This document shows, piece by piece, positions 16,628 to 25,048 of a stretch of 44,005 nt of DNA. Location: the sequence record OZ035727.1. One strand, written 5' to 3'. The first letter of the stretch is position 1; each line of letters begins with the position of its first letter. The position numbers were made by a program, and so were the translations under genes. The notes under the pieces were generated by a model that did not search any database, had not been told where the DNA came from, and saw only the letters and a list, made by a program, of their open reading frames with translations. Source of the DNA: Vectrevirus T205P4.

Positions 16628-17311
16628 ATGTATAAATTAGTATTGAATGCAGGTGATTATGTTCGTAACATCAATGAAGCCTCACGTCGTTATCATTGCC
16701 GTGGTGTAGTGGCTCGTGTAAGTGAGAACATGTATCATGTAGAGTATGAGGATGGTATTAAGGCTTCTTACCACAAGAAAACAGCACATAAATATCTTGA
16801 AAAGATTGTAGAGATAAACAATCAATGTAAGTGCATACATGATGAGGTTTGCGATAAATGTGCTCGCCAGATGCTTAAGAATTTCCTAGCTCCTCTTTAT
16901 TATGGTGCTGGCCCTCAAACACTAGCAGAGTACATGGCAGAAAAGAAAACCACAATTAAGAAAGAGCGCCGCAATGTAATCACTGGTAAGACTCAAAGTG
17001 AAATGATTAAACTATGTGGCACTGCATTAGGTGTTACGCAGTTTAACACTCGTGCTCTTGGTAAATCCACAGGACAAGCTATGGTGAAAATTGGTGAAGC
17101 TATGATGCATCCAAATGTACCTGTACGAATCATGGATGTTGACCATGCAATCACAGAGCATGGCACACCACGGCGTGTAGCTAATAATCATTTTGCCGAC
17201 ACTATAGAAGGTATTATTCGTAAGCAAGAGTTGAAGGGTCTTCACATCTTAAATGGTGAAGAATTACTGTACCTACCTATCGTTACTGAAGAAACATACG
17301 TGAATATCTAA
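16628..17311 (+). CDS. Hypothetical protein, about 227 aa, with Cys cluster (CKCIHDEVCDKC)
   Basis: GGAGA RBS before ATG at 16628; no recognisable catalytic motif. Confidence 0.65.
   Translation: MYKLVLNAGDYVRNINEASRRYHCRGVVARVSENMYHVEYEDGIKASYHKKTAHKYLEKIVEINNQCKCIHDEVCDKCARQMLKNFLAPLYYGAGPQTLAEYMAEKKTTIKKERRNVITGKTQSEMIKLCGTALGVTQFNTRALGKSTGQAMVKIGEAMMHPNVPVRIMDVDHAITEHGTPRRVANNHFADTIEGIIRKQELKGLHILNGEELLYLPIVTEETYVNI
17189..17212 (+). promoter_or_regulatory. Possible weak phage promoter (CATTTTGCCGACACTATAGAAGGT) internal to the 16628 gene
   Basis: Core GACACTATAGAAGG conserved, upstream half deviates at 3 positions. Confidence 0.35.
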
Positions 17312-17321
17312 GGAGTTAATC

Positions 17322-17540
17322 ATGACTAAGGTATTAATTTATATGCGTGGACCTCATAAATGCTATGCAGTTGTAGCACCAAATGGTGTTAAGCCCTATA
17401 GAACTTCAAAAAGATTGGCATTAGTAGGTGCTAGTAGTAGTGCAAGTTTCCAAATGGAACTTTTTGGTCATTGGACTGAACGGCAATTCCGTGAGGATTT
17501 TAAAGTCATTGGCAGCTTCATGGTGAAATATGCAGAATAA
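17322..17540 (+). CDS. Hypothetical protein, 72 aa
   Basis: AGGAG RBS before ATG. Confidence 0.5.
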   Translation: MTKVLIYMRGPHKCYAVVAPNGVKPYRTSKRLALVGASSSASFQMELFGHWTERQFREDFKVIGSFMVKYAE

Positions 17541-17739
17541 ACATAGTCTTAAAATGTTCGATGGTCATGAAGACCTGCAAGCCAAGATTACTAACCAAGC
17601 CTTCCTGTTCGCACAGGTAACTATGGCTGAAGCAAAGAAGAATAGCCTGACGCGTGAACAGGTTATCAAGGAGGCAACTTGGGAGCCACACCAAGGTAAA
17701 TACATGGGCCAGAAATTAACGGTAACACGCAGTCGATAA
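17530..17739 (+). CDS. Hypothetical protein, 69 aa (start uncertain)
   Basis: Overlaps previous stop; alternative ATG at 17554. Confidence 0.45.
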   Translation: MQNKHSLKMFDGHEDLQAKITNQAFLFAQVTMAEAKKNSLTREQVIKEATWEPHQGKYMGQKLTVTRSR

Positions 17740-17749
17740 GTCAAGGGTT

Positions 17750-17765
17750 GTCTCACACGTGAGAC
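17750..17765. repeat. 16-bp palindrome GTCTCACACGTGAGAC, copy 4
   Basis: Perfect palindrome 11 nt after the 17530 ORF stop. Confidence 0.8.
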
Positions 17766-17796
17766 AGCCTTTCATCATATTGATTGGAGGTGCATT

Positions 17797-17904
17797 ATGC
17801 CACGTGATTATGATTCTGATTGGGATTTCCAAGATTCAATGCAACCTAAACCAGAAAGGAGGGAGGATGAGTTCGAAACAGATCAAATGTATGAGGATTT
17901 TTAC
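17797..17904 (+). CDS. Hypothetical acidic micro-protein, 35 aa (MPRDYDSDWDFQDSMQPKPERREDEFETDQMYEDFY)
   Basis: TTGGAGG RBS 6 nt upstream; overlaps the HNH gene start; could instead be untranslated leader. Confidence 0.3.
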
Positions 17905-18346
17905 TAACTACATCCTCTATTCCGACGGTCGTATCTTTAGTGATAAGAAGAAGAGATACCTAACAGGTACTCTTGATAGCTACGGTTACCGTCAAGTTAA
18001 ACTTAATGGAGACTTATACCTCTTACACAGGTTAGTTGCATTATATTTCATTCCTAATCCCGATAACTTACCTGAAGTTGATCACGTAGATTTTAACCGA
18101 GACAATAATTGTGTATCTAATCTACGGTGGGTTTCCAGAAGAACCAACCTAGAGCATAGCAAGGTAAGACGCTGTACTGCACAGGCTAAGTTTTATAACT
18201 TCGTAGACCCTGACGGTAATATTGTTACAGTGTATGGTCTATCTTCTTTCTGCAAAGAGAATGGACTAAGCCAAGCAGCGATGCACCATGTGTGGTCTGG
18301 TAATAGAAATCATCACAAAGGTTGGACTAAATATGTTGAATGTTGA
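17867..18346 (+). CDS. Free-standing HNH homing endonuclease, about 160 aa
   Basis: GYRQVKL...LHRLVALYFIPNP...VDHVDFNRDNN...NLRWV...N pattern typical of phage HNH endonucleases; AGGAGGGAGG RBS before ATG at 17867. Confidence 0.85.
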   Translation: MSSKQIKCMRIFTNYILYSDGRIFSDKKKRYLTGTLDSYGYRQVKLNGDLYLLHRLVALYFIPNPDNLPEVDHVDFNRDNNCVSNLRWVSRRTNLEHSKVRRCTAQAKFYNFVDPDGNIVTVYGLSSFCKENGLSQAAMHHVWSGNRNHHKGWTKYVEC

Positions 18347-20879
18347 TTGGAAAGAATACGGTAAAAACCGGATCCTAGTTATGGACGCCGAAGCAAAAGG
18401 CTTGCTTGATGCCATACGCTATGGTCATCGTGAAGATGTGCACATCATTTGCTGCATGGATTTACTCACCACTGAGGAGTTCCTATTCTTCGACCCATAT
18501 GAGATGCGTGACCCTGAGGCAAGGGAACGCCTGAAGGAGTGGGAAGGCCATCAAGACGGAACCTTGGTTGATGGTGTTAACTTCCTAAAGCACTGTGAAG
18601 CCATCGTCTCACAGAACTTCCTAGGCTATGACGGGCTTCTCTTTGAGAAAGCCTTCCCTGACATCTGGAAAGGATTTAACTACACCGAGAGGCGCGGCAA
18701 TGGCAGACTACGTGCTGACCTGTGTCCGGTACGCGTCATGGATACGCTGGTCATGAGTCGCCTGTTAAACCCAGATAGACGCCTTCCTCCGCAAGCATAT
18801 GCCAAAGGCATGGGTAACGTCGCCCCTCACTCAATTGAGGCGCACGGCATCCGTATAGGCCGCTATAAACCAGAGAACGAGGACTGGTCTAAACTAACTG
18901 ACCACATGGTTCACCGTGTACGTGAAGACGTGGCAATTGGTCGTGACCTTTTCCTATGGCTTTACAACGGAGAGTGGACGGAGCACAAACGCCGTGGCGT
19001 GAATAAACGTACTGGCCTAGGTATTGAGACAGCCTTCCACATGGAGTCCATTGTGGCGCTGGAGATGAGCCGTCAGGCCGAGCGCGGGTTCCGTCTGGAC
19101 ATCGACAAGGCTTTGGCCCGATGCGAAGAATTGGACGCTAAAATTGACGAGACAGTCGCAGCGTTCCGCCCTCACATGCCTATGCGTATCAAGTCTAAAC
19201 CTTTTAAACCGGAAGAAAAGAATGAAGTATGCCAACGCGCAAATGAGTATGGAGCTAGCAACAATATACCTACTGTCCTTGACCCCTCACACTTTCTTCA
19301 TGCCGAGAGACGAGGAGATCGCAAGACAGTATGGAGTGTCACTACTAAGTCTGGTGATTGGTCGGCTAGTGTCAAGAAAGACTTCCCTCACCTTAGAGGA
19401 AACCGTAATGACACGCCAAGCATCAAGTGGATTGGCGCTTACTCGCCTGTTACTTTCGAAGAGATTCCCTTGGGTAACAGGGATACAGTTAAGCAAGTGC
19501 TCTATGATTATGGATGGAAAGGTGTTGAATTTAACGATACCGAGCAAGCTCATCTCGATGAGCACGGAGTGTTACCCAAACCTTGGAGTGGTAAGATAAA
19601 TGAAAAGTCCCTTACTTTATGGCAAGAAAGAGCCGCACGTGAAGGTAAAACAGTCCCTGATTGGTGCTTGGGTATCGCTGCATGGTACATACTCGTATCC
19701 CGTCGTGGTCAGATACTCAACCGTGGTGACGTTGAAGCCTTCAACGAGAAGGGAACGTGGCCCTCGCAGGCTGGTGTACGAAAGTGTCGCGGCCTTGTAC
19801 CGGTAGCATTCAACAAGGAGCTAGGAATCAATGCGCAGCAATACTACGAGAGGTACGGATATTGGCCTACGTCTGACAAAGATGACGGAGAGTGGCGTGT
19901 TCCAGCTGTTGCTATTAGTATTGGCACTTCTACGTTCCGTATGCGTCATCGTAACGTGGTTAATATTCCTGCCCGTGGCTTGTATCCTTTACGTGATTTA
20001 TTCATAGCAGGGAAAGGCAAGCTAATCCTTGGTTGTGACGGTGCAGGTCTTGAACTGCGTGTCCTGTCTCACTTCATGAATGACCCTGAGTACCAAGAGA
20101 TTGTACTGCACGGTGATATTCATACGCATAACCAGATGAAGGCTGGTCTTCCTAAGCGTGATATGGCGAAGACGTTTATATACGCCTTCCTCTATGGCTC
20201 TGGTATAGCCAACCTTGCAGCAGTATGTGGTGTTACTGAGGAGGAAATGAAGGAAGTTGTGGCAAGATTCGAGATTGAACTGCCGTCTCTTGCACGTCTT
20301 CGTGAGAATGTTATCGCACAAGGTAACAAGTTTGGCTACCTGCAAGCACCTGATGGGCATTGGGGTCGCATCCGCATGTCTGGTGGTGAACTTAAAGAGC
20401 ACACGATGCTTAACGTATTACTCCAGATGACTGGCTCTTTGTGTATGAAATATGCATTAGTAAAGGCATTTGCAGTAATGCGCAAGGAAGGTGTAGCCTT
20501 GGATGCTATGGGAAATCCTTGTGGTGTGGCTAACGTGCATGATGAAATCCAGATGGAAGTTCCTGAAGAGGAGGTCTTGTATCTTAACTACGACCTACCT
20601 TTCACCTTAGATGGGTTCGAAACAGAGAAGGCTGCCGTGAAAGCAGTGTTCGATGCAGAGGAGAAACGTGTTCATGTGGATTCTGAAGGACGTATGTGGT
20701 CTGCTGCAAACCTCGTCAGTGTTGATGCTGATGCTGGTGTATTGCATTGCCAGCGCCGTTATCACCGTGCAGGGCATATCATTGCCGACGCCATGACTTG
20801 GGCTGGTCAGTATCTGAAGATGCGTTGCCCGATGGCAGGAGAATATAAGATTGGCACAAGTTGGAAGGAAACACACTGA
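18333..20879 (+). CDS. DNA polymerase, family A (T7 gp5-like), about 848 aa
   Basis: N-terminal 3'-5' exonuclease motif (VMDAEAKGL), long polymerase domain, size close to SP6-type DNAP; start at ATG 18333 (MLNVDWKEYG). Confidence 0.95.
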   Translation: MLNVDWKEYGKNRILVMDAEAKGLLDAIRYGHREDVHIICCMDLLTTEEFLFFDPYEMRDPEARERLKEWEGHQDGTLVDGVNFLKHCEAIVSQNFLGYDGLLFEKAFPDIWKGFNYTERRGNGRLRADLCPVRVMDTLVMSRLLNPDRRLPPQAYAKGMGNVAPHSIEAHGIRIGRYKPENEDWSKLTDHMVHRVREDVAIGRDLFLWLYNGEWTEHKRRGVNKRTGLGIETAFHMESIVALEMSRQAERGFRLDIDKALARCEELDAKIDETVAAFRPHMPMRIKSKPFKPEEKNEVCQRANEYGASNNIPTVLDPSHFLHAERRGDRKTVWSVTTKSGDWSASVKKDFPHLRGNRNDTPSIKWIGAYSPVTFEEIPLGNRDTVKQVLYDYGWKGVEFNDTEQAHLDEHGVLPKPWSGKINEKSLTLWQERAAREGKTVPDWCLGIAAWYILVSRRGQILNRGDVEAFNEKGTWPSQAGVRKCRGLVPVAFNKELGINAQQYYERYGYWPTSDKDDGEWRVPAVAISIGTSTFRMRHRNVVNIPARGLYPLRDLFIAGKGKLILGCDGAGLELRVLSHFMNDPEYQEIVLHGDIHTHNQMKAGLPKRDMAKTFIYAFLYGSGIANLAAVCGVTEEEMKEVVARFEIELPSLARLRENVIAQGNKFGYLQAPDGHWGRIRMSGGELKEHTMLNVLLQMTGSLCMKYALVKAFAVMRKEGVALDAMGNPCGVANVHDEIQMEVPEEEVLYLNYDLPFTLDGFETEKAAVKAVFDAEEKRVHVDSEGRMWSAANLVSVDADAGVLHCQRRYHRAGHIIADAMTWAGQYLKMRCPMAGEYKIGTSWKETH

Positions 20880-20995
20880 TGGATAGGCTTGACATTGTTT
20901 GCCTGTTCTTCACTTTCTTTCTTACACTCCTTATGCTTGCTTGTTATGGGAGTGTGAGACTAGATGTACCTGATGAAGAAGAGGGTTACGACTAA
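20879..20995 (+). CDS. Small membrane protein, 38 aa, hydrophobic core plus acidic C-terminus (DVPDEEEGYD)
   Basis: TGATG overlap with DNAP stop; below track cutoff. Confidence 0.35.
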   Translation: MDRLDIVCLFFTFFLTLLMLACYGSVRLDVPDEEEGYD

Positions 20996-21093
20996 TGCAA
21001 ACTGCTTTTATTATTCTTGGTATCGTATTATTTATGGTAGTACTCTGGGCCTTCTCTGGCATTGACCCGGATTGTGATGGTAACTACGACTGA
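20995..21093 (+). CDS. Small membrane protein, 32 aa, hydrophobic core plus acidic C-terminus (DPDCDGNYD)
   Basis: TAATG overlap with previous small ORF; same architecture. Confidence 0.35.
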   Translation: MQTAFIILGIVLFMVVLWAFSGIDPDCDGNYD

Positions 21094-21150
21094 GTTATAC
21101 TCAAGGTCACTTACGAGTGGCCTTTATGAATAACTTAACTGGAGAGTATT

Positions 21151-21411
21151 ATGATTAAATCACAGAAGTATTTCTCAACTAAAGATCGTAAGGTAGGTTT
21201 TGAAATCAAAGTTTGGGAAGACGGACACATTACTATTATTTACGAAGGTAAAGGTTCTAATGGTATGATGCTACGTAGATGCCGTACATTCACAAAGAAA
21301 GAATGTATGCATATGTCTGAATGCATGTTTCTTTACATCATTGCTGATGATATTAAAGGTATGAAGCTAATTGTATCTCTACCTTTAATACCTAAATCTT
21401 TGTTAGGTTGA
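21151..21411 (+). CDS. Hypothetical protein, 86 aa
   Basis: GGAGAG RBS. Confidence 0.55.
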   Translation: MIKSQKYFSTKDRKVGFEIKVWEDGHITIIYEGKGSNGMMLRRCRTFTKKECMHMSECMFLYIIADDIKGMKLIVSLPLIPKSLLG

Positions 21412-21433
21412 TTTACTGGACACTATAGAAGGA
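21410..21433 (+). promoter_or_regulatory. Phage RNAP promoter P6 (GATTTACTGGACACTATAGAAGGA)
   Basis: Consensus copy overlapping the stop of the 21151 gene. Confidence 0.8.
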
Positions 21434-21497
21434 AAGCCTAGGTAATCTAGGTTTATAAGGTAGTATGGGTAATTAAGTAAATATAGGAGATATAAAT

Positions 21498-21875
21498 ATG
21501 TCAATGGTAACTACTCTGGTATTTGTAGCTCAATACTTTCGTGGTCTGGCTAATAAGTTCAAATCCAAGGCTATCAAAGCTATTGAGTCTCGCATCGAGG
21601 CAGTACAGGCAGAGCAAGTTAAAGTTGAAGAACATCGTAGTTCTCAAATGATTGACTGTCATAACCGCTACTATGCATCTCGTGATGAACTAAATGCACG
21701 TCAAGTCAAAGAGGTAGAAGATATGCTGGCACGTCACCAGCAAGAGCGTGACAGCCTGAAAGCTGAATTTGAAGAGAACAAGGCATCAATTGCTCTTGTA
21801 AATCAAGCTGCATCTGACAGCCTGAAGAAAGAGATTGTTATGCTGGAAATAGAACTGGACAACTTGACTAAATAA
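21498..21875 (+). CDS. Hypothetical membrane-anchored coiled-coil protein, 125 aa
   Basis: AGGAGA RBS; N-terminal hydrophobic segment then charged heptad-like region. Confidence 0.6.
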   Translation: MSMVTTLVFVAQYFRGLANKFKSKAIKAIESRIEAVQAEQVKVEEHRSSQMIDCHNRYYASRDELNARQVKEVEDMLARHQQERDSLKAEFEENKASIALVNQAASDSLKKEIVMLEIELDNLTK

Positions 21876-21881
21876 GGGGTT

Positions 21882-22181
21882 ATGATGGAAGAAGTGATTC
21901 AAGCTAAACATGTAGGTATCATCTTTCGTGATCTAGAGCAGCGTAAAGTTGCAGGTTACACTCGTCTGGCTAAAGAATACGATACAGCAATCACTACTGT
22001 GGAACAAGCAGATGCCTATCGTGGTCCAGAGTTTACTCAAGGTGAAACTTGTCATCAATTGAGCCTTTCACTTTGTGACACTATGGCTAGTGTAAATGTA
22101 CAAGAGGTTGAAGATGGTGAATGTGTTAGTTATGTCTACCCTCTCGACACTATTGCACGTATTAAGGTAGTTCATAAGTAA
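21882..22181 (+). CDS. Hypothetical protein, 99 aa
   Basis: AAGGGG RBS; tandem ATG ATG. Confidence 0.55.
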   Translation: MMEEVIQAKHVGIIFRDLEQRKVAGYTRLAKEYDTAITTVEQADAYRGPEFTQGETCHQLSLSLCDTMASVNVQEVEDGECVSYVYPLDTIARIKVVHK

Positions 22182-22202
22182 TTACTGGACACTATAGAAC
22201 AA
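22180..22202 (+). promoter_or_regulatory. Phage RNAP promoter P7 (AATTACTGGACACTATAGAACAA)
   Basis: Consensus-like, with AAC in place of AAG after the start site. Confidence 0.7.
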
Positions 22203-22258
22203 TAGGTCGGCTTAGTTCGGCCTATGATTGTGTAGTGTAACAATAGGAGACTAAATAA

Positions 22259-23065
22259 ATGGCACGTGGTGATTTTGATTTTGGTGCTCAGGTTACTAAA
22301 GCTGAAGGTAAAGTATTTAAGAACCCTGAAGTTGGTGATCATGAAGCAGTAATCTCTGGCATCATTCATGTTGGTTCCTTCCAAGATATCTTTAAGAAAG
22401 GTAATACCACTGAAGTTAAGAAGCCAGCAAACTTTGTTCTTGTTAAGATTATCCTGATGGGTGACGACGATAAGAATGAAGATGATTCTCGCATGGAACA
22501 ATGGATGGCTGTGCCTCTGAAGTCTGGTGATAAGGCAACACTGACTAAGTTCCTGAATGCAGTTGACCCTAAAGAGTTGCTGGGTGGCTTCGATGATTTT
22601 ATCGGTGAATGTCTGACTGCAACTATGGTTGGCTCTGGCGACAAGAATGATGATGGTACTTTCAAGTATGTTAACTGGAAAGGCTTTGGCGGTATGCCTG
22701 ATAAGTTGAAGAAGCTTGTACTGGCTCAGGTAGAAGAGGAAGGTCTGTCTATGACAGGTCATATCACCTTCGACAAGCTGACCAAAGAAATCCTTGATGA
22801 CATCCCAGCTAACTTGGTACGTCAATACTTCCTGAACGAGACACCTCGTGGTAAGAACCTGTCTGTTGCTGGCTCTCACGTAGAAGCTATTATCAAAGCT
22901 GCTCGTGAAGAAGACCTTGAATGGAAGAAGGCTAAGAAGAAAGACGAGGAAGATGCTACCCCAGCTAATCGTAAATCTCTGGATACTGGTGAGTCTGTTC
23001 CACAGGAAGTACCTGAAGCAGAAGATACTCCTGCACCGGAGATGGATGAGGACGCGGAATATTAA
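22259..23065 (+). CDS. Hypothetical DNA-metabolism protein, 268 aa, acidic C-terminal tail ending in Tyr; possibly the ssDNA-binding protein (gp2.5 analog)
   Basis: Strong RBS and promoter; acidic tail ...PEMDEDAEY resembles the polymerase-interacting tails of T7 gp2.5/gp4; body does not obviously align to T7 gp2.5, so function is a guess. Confidence 0.7.
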   Translation: MARGDFDFGAQVTKAEGKVFKNPEVGDHEAVISGIIHVGSFQDIFKKGNTTEVKKPANFVLVKIILMGDDDKNEDDSRMEQWMAVPLKSGDKATLTKFLNAVDPKELLGGFDDFIGECLTATMVGSGDKNDDGTFKYVNWKGFGGMPDKLKKLVLAQVEEEGLSMTGHITFDKLTKEILDDIPANLVRQYFLNETPRGKNLSVAGSHVEAIIKAAREEDLEWKKAKKKDEEDATPANRKSLDTGESVPQEVPEAEDTPAPEMDEDAEY

Positions 23066-23074
23066 GGAGAAAGG

Positions 23075-23293
23075 ATGAAAGTACAAATCGTAACCCTGCA
23101 CTGCAAGAAAGGAATTACAACTCTTGGCGGCAACACTTTTCACTCCTTCTCTGAGGGGGGCACATATGCCGACCTGCACTACATCTGGCGCGACGGACAG
23201 CACGTGGTGAACTACAGCGACCCAGCTACGGGGAAACGCCACGGCGTATCGCTTCCGGCGCATGACATTGCTCAGGTGAACACAGTTTTATAA
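23075..23293 (+). CDS. Hypothetical protein, 72 aa
   Basis: AAGGAGA RBS. Confidence 0.5.
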   Translation: MKVQIVTLHCKKGITTLGGNTFHSFSEGGTYADLHYIWRDGQHVVNYSDPATGKRHGVSLPAHDIAQVNTVL

Positions 23294-23294
23294 A

Positions 23295-23310
23295 GTCTCA
23301 CGTGTGAGAC
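23295..23310. repeat. 16-bp palindrome GTCTCACGTGTGAGAC, copy 5 (reverse orientation of the CACG variant)
   Basis: Perfect palindrome 14 nt upstream of promoter P8. Confidence 0.8.
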
Positions 23311-23324
23311 AAATCGGTGTCCGG

Positions 23325-23348
23325 TATTTACTGGACACTATAGAAGAG
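23325..23348 (+). promoter_or_regulatory. Phage RNAP promoter P8 (TATTTACTGGACACTATAGAAGAG)
   Basis: Perfect consensus. Confidence 0.8.
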
Positions 23349-23398
23349 AAGAATTTTAATCGGCGATAATGCCATAACCAACAAAAGGAGAATTTAAT

Positions 23399-23770
23399 AT
23401 GTTCAAGATTGAAACTATCGTAAACCGTGTTGTTAAAGGTGCTGCTCTGGTATCCGTTGAGTCTTTCATTATCGTCGATGAAGCTGATCAACTGGTAGCT
23501 GGTACTAAGGCTTACGATACCCGTGAAGAAGCTCAGGCTAAGATTGACAGCATGGGTAACTTCGCTGCTGGTCTGGAGTTCGCTCGTGCTTGCTTCCCTG
23601 AGCAGGCTGACAAAGCCCAGATCGGTAAGGCTAACATCGTAGCTGAATATCTGGATTGGATTGCTGCTGGTAAACCAGTGAAAGAAGTTAAAGCTGCTGA
23701 AGAAGCTGAAGCTCCGGCAGTAGAAGAAACCAAAGCAGAAGAAGTACTGTCTGCTGAAGAAGAATTTTAA
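23399..23770 (+). CDS. Hypothetical, probably highly expressed protein, 123 aa, Ala/Glu-rich C-terminal tail ending ...SAEEEF
   Basis: Own consensus promoter, AAAAGGAGA RBS, terminator-like hairpin downstream; acidic tail ending in Phe. Confidence 0.7.
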   Translation: MFKIETIVNRVVKGAALVSVESFIIVDEADQLVAGTKAYDTREEAQAKIDSMGNFAAGLEFARACFPEQADKAQIGKANIVAEYLDWIAAGKPVKEVKAAEEAEAPAVEETKAEEVLSAEEEF

Positions 23771-23776
23771 TTGATG

Positions 23777-23808
23777 CCCTGTCTGCCTTAGTGTAGGCAG
23801 GGTCTTTT
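23777..23808 (+). terminator. Hairpin plus U-tract after the 23399 gene
   Basis: CTGCC...GGCAG stem followed by GGTCTTTTG. Confidence 0.45.
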
Positions 23809-23834
23809 GCGTAATAGTTATTGGAGAATGAATT

Positions 23835-24107
23835 ATGCCGACTATTGAATCTCGAATTACAATGGACATTAGCTACAATGCAATCACCAGACAATACATT
23901 GGGGTGGCCTATGATTACAAAACTGGTGAGAAGCTAGTGGAGGTGAGACAATGGGATGACTATTGGTTAAGACAGAACCTCCATGATGCGGTGTCCTCCT
24001 TCTTGAAGGAGTGGCCTACATGCGACCAAACTTCGACTTCGGAGCTACAGTATCGGAAGACAATAATCTCATCCTGTGGCCAACTGAAGGTAATAGAATC
24101 GCTTTAA
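23835..24107 (+). CDS. Hypothetical protein, 90 aa, overlapping the exonuclease gene start by about 88 nt
   Basis: GGAGA RBS before ATG at 23835; the large overlap makes the real extent uncertain. Confidence 0.35.
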   Translation: MPTIESRITMDISYNAITRQYIGVAYDYKTGEKLVEVRQWDDYWLRQNLHDAVSSFLKEWPTCDQTSTSELQYRKTIISSCGQLKVIESL

Positions 24108-25048
24108 TAGATGCTGATATGCTACCCTACATCGTAGCTTATACAATCAGTGACATGACTTATGTGCGAGCCACAACTCGTGTTAAGTCAGGACAAGTCC
24201 CATCAATCAAAGATACACCTGAGTGTAAGCAAGCGTGTGACCGTGTGAACTCCTTGCTTAACTCTTGGGTATACGCAGCAGAGTGCGATGCAGCTAAGTT
24301 ATTCATGACGAAATCAGAAGCTAACTTCCGTGTTCGCCTAGCCTTCACCAAGCCTTATAAGGGTCAACGTAAGACCGAGAAGCCTCCGTTCTTCTATGAA
24401 TTGCGAGAGCATCTCTTAGAGGTTCATGGTGCAATCTTGGCAGATGGAGAAGAGGCTGATGACCTCATGAGCATTGCACAATGGGACAGCCACCGCCGCT
24501 TCCAGCAAGATACAGGTAACGAGTTCCCTATCGGTAGTCCAGAGCATAAAGCATTCTCTGATACTTGCATCGTTTCCTTAGATAAGGATTTGATGATTGT
24601 TCCCGGTTGGCATCTTCAGCCGGGTCAAGAGAAGAAATGGGTAGAGCCTATGGGTTGGCTTGAGTTACGCCGTAAGGCTAATGGTCAGGTTAAAGACCTT
24701 AAAGGTGCTGGCCTCATGTTTCATTATGCACAGATGATTATCGGTGATGATATTGATAACTATGCTGGCATACCTGGACGTGGTGCTAAATACGCCTATG
24801 ATCTTCTCAAAGATTGTAAGACAGAGAAAGAGTTGTACATGGCAGTGCTTGGTGCTTACAAGGCTAAGTTCGGACATGGACAAGTTAAGATTAAGAATTA
24901 CCGAGGTGGTTATCGTATCGGCAAGGCTTTTGACCTGATGCTCGAATGTGGTCGCCTAGCTCACATGGCAAGATTCAAAGGTGATATATGGCGAGCCGAT
25001 AAGAACCCAATCTTGTGGGGAGATGATGCGGAATGGTTAGCAAATTAA
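24020..25048 (+). CDS. 5'-3' exonuclease (T7 gp6-like, FEN/PIN-type), about 342 aa
   Basis: IALIDADMLPY aligns with T7 gp6 ILVMDGDWLVF; further acidic clusters (EEADDLMS, DKDLMIV, GDDIDNYAGIPG); AGGAG RBS before ATG at 24020. Confidence 0.85.
   Translation: MRPNFDFGATVSEDNNLILWPTEGNRIALIDADMLPYIVAYTISDMTYVRATTRVKSGQVPSIKDTPECKQACDRVNSLLNSWVYAAECDAAKLFMTKSEANFRVRLAFTKPYKGQRKTEKPPFFYELREHLLEVHGAILADGEEADDLMSIAQWDSHRRFQQDTGNEFPIGSPEHKAFSDTCIVSLDKDLMIVPGWHLQPGQEKKWVEPMGWLELRRKANGQVKDLKGAGLMFHYAQMIIGDDIDNYAGIPGRGAKYAYDLLKDCKTEKELYMAVLGAYKAKFGHGQVKIKNYRGGYRIGKAFDLMLECGRLAHMARFKGDIWRADKNPILWGDDAEWLAN

Noticed and set aside
18333-20879. Intein or large insertion in the DNA polymerase (848 aa versus 704 aa in T7)
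   Set aside because: No intein splice-junction motifs visible; the size matches SP6-type polymerases, so the extra length is probably lineage-typical.
22172-23263. 363-aa ORF on the minus strand
   Set aside because: Fully antisense to well-supported plus-strand genes (promoter, strong RBS, conserved product); low-complexity translation, no RBS, and no phage promoter in minus orientation anywhere in the window.
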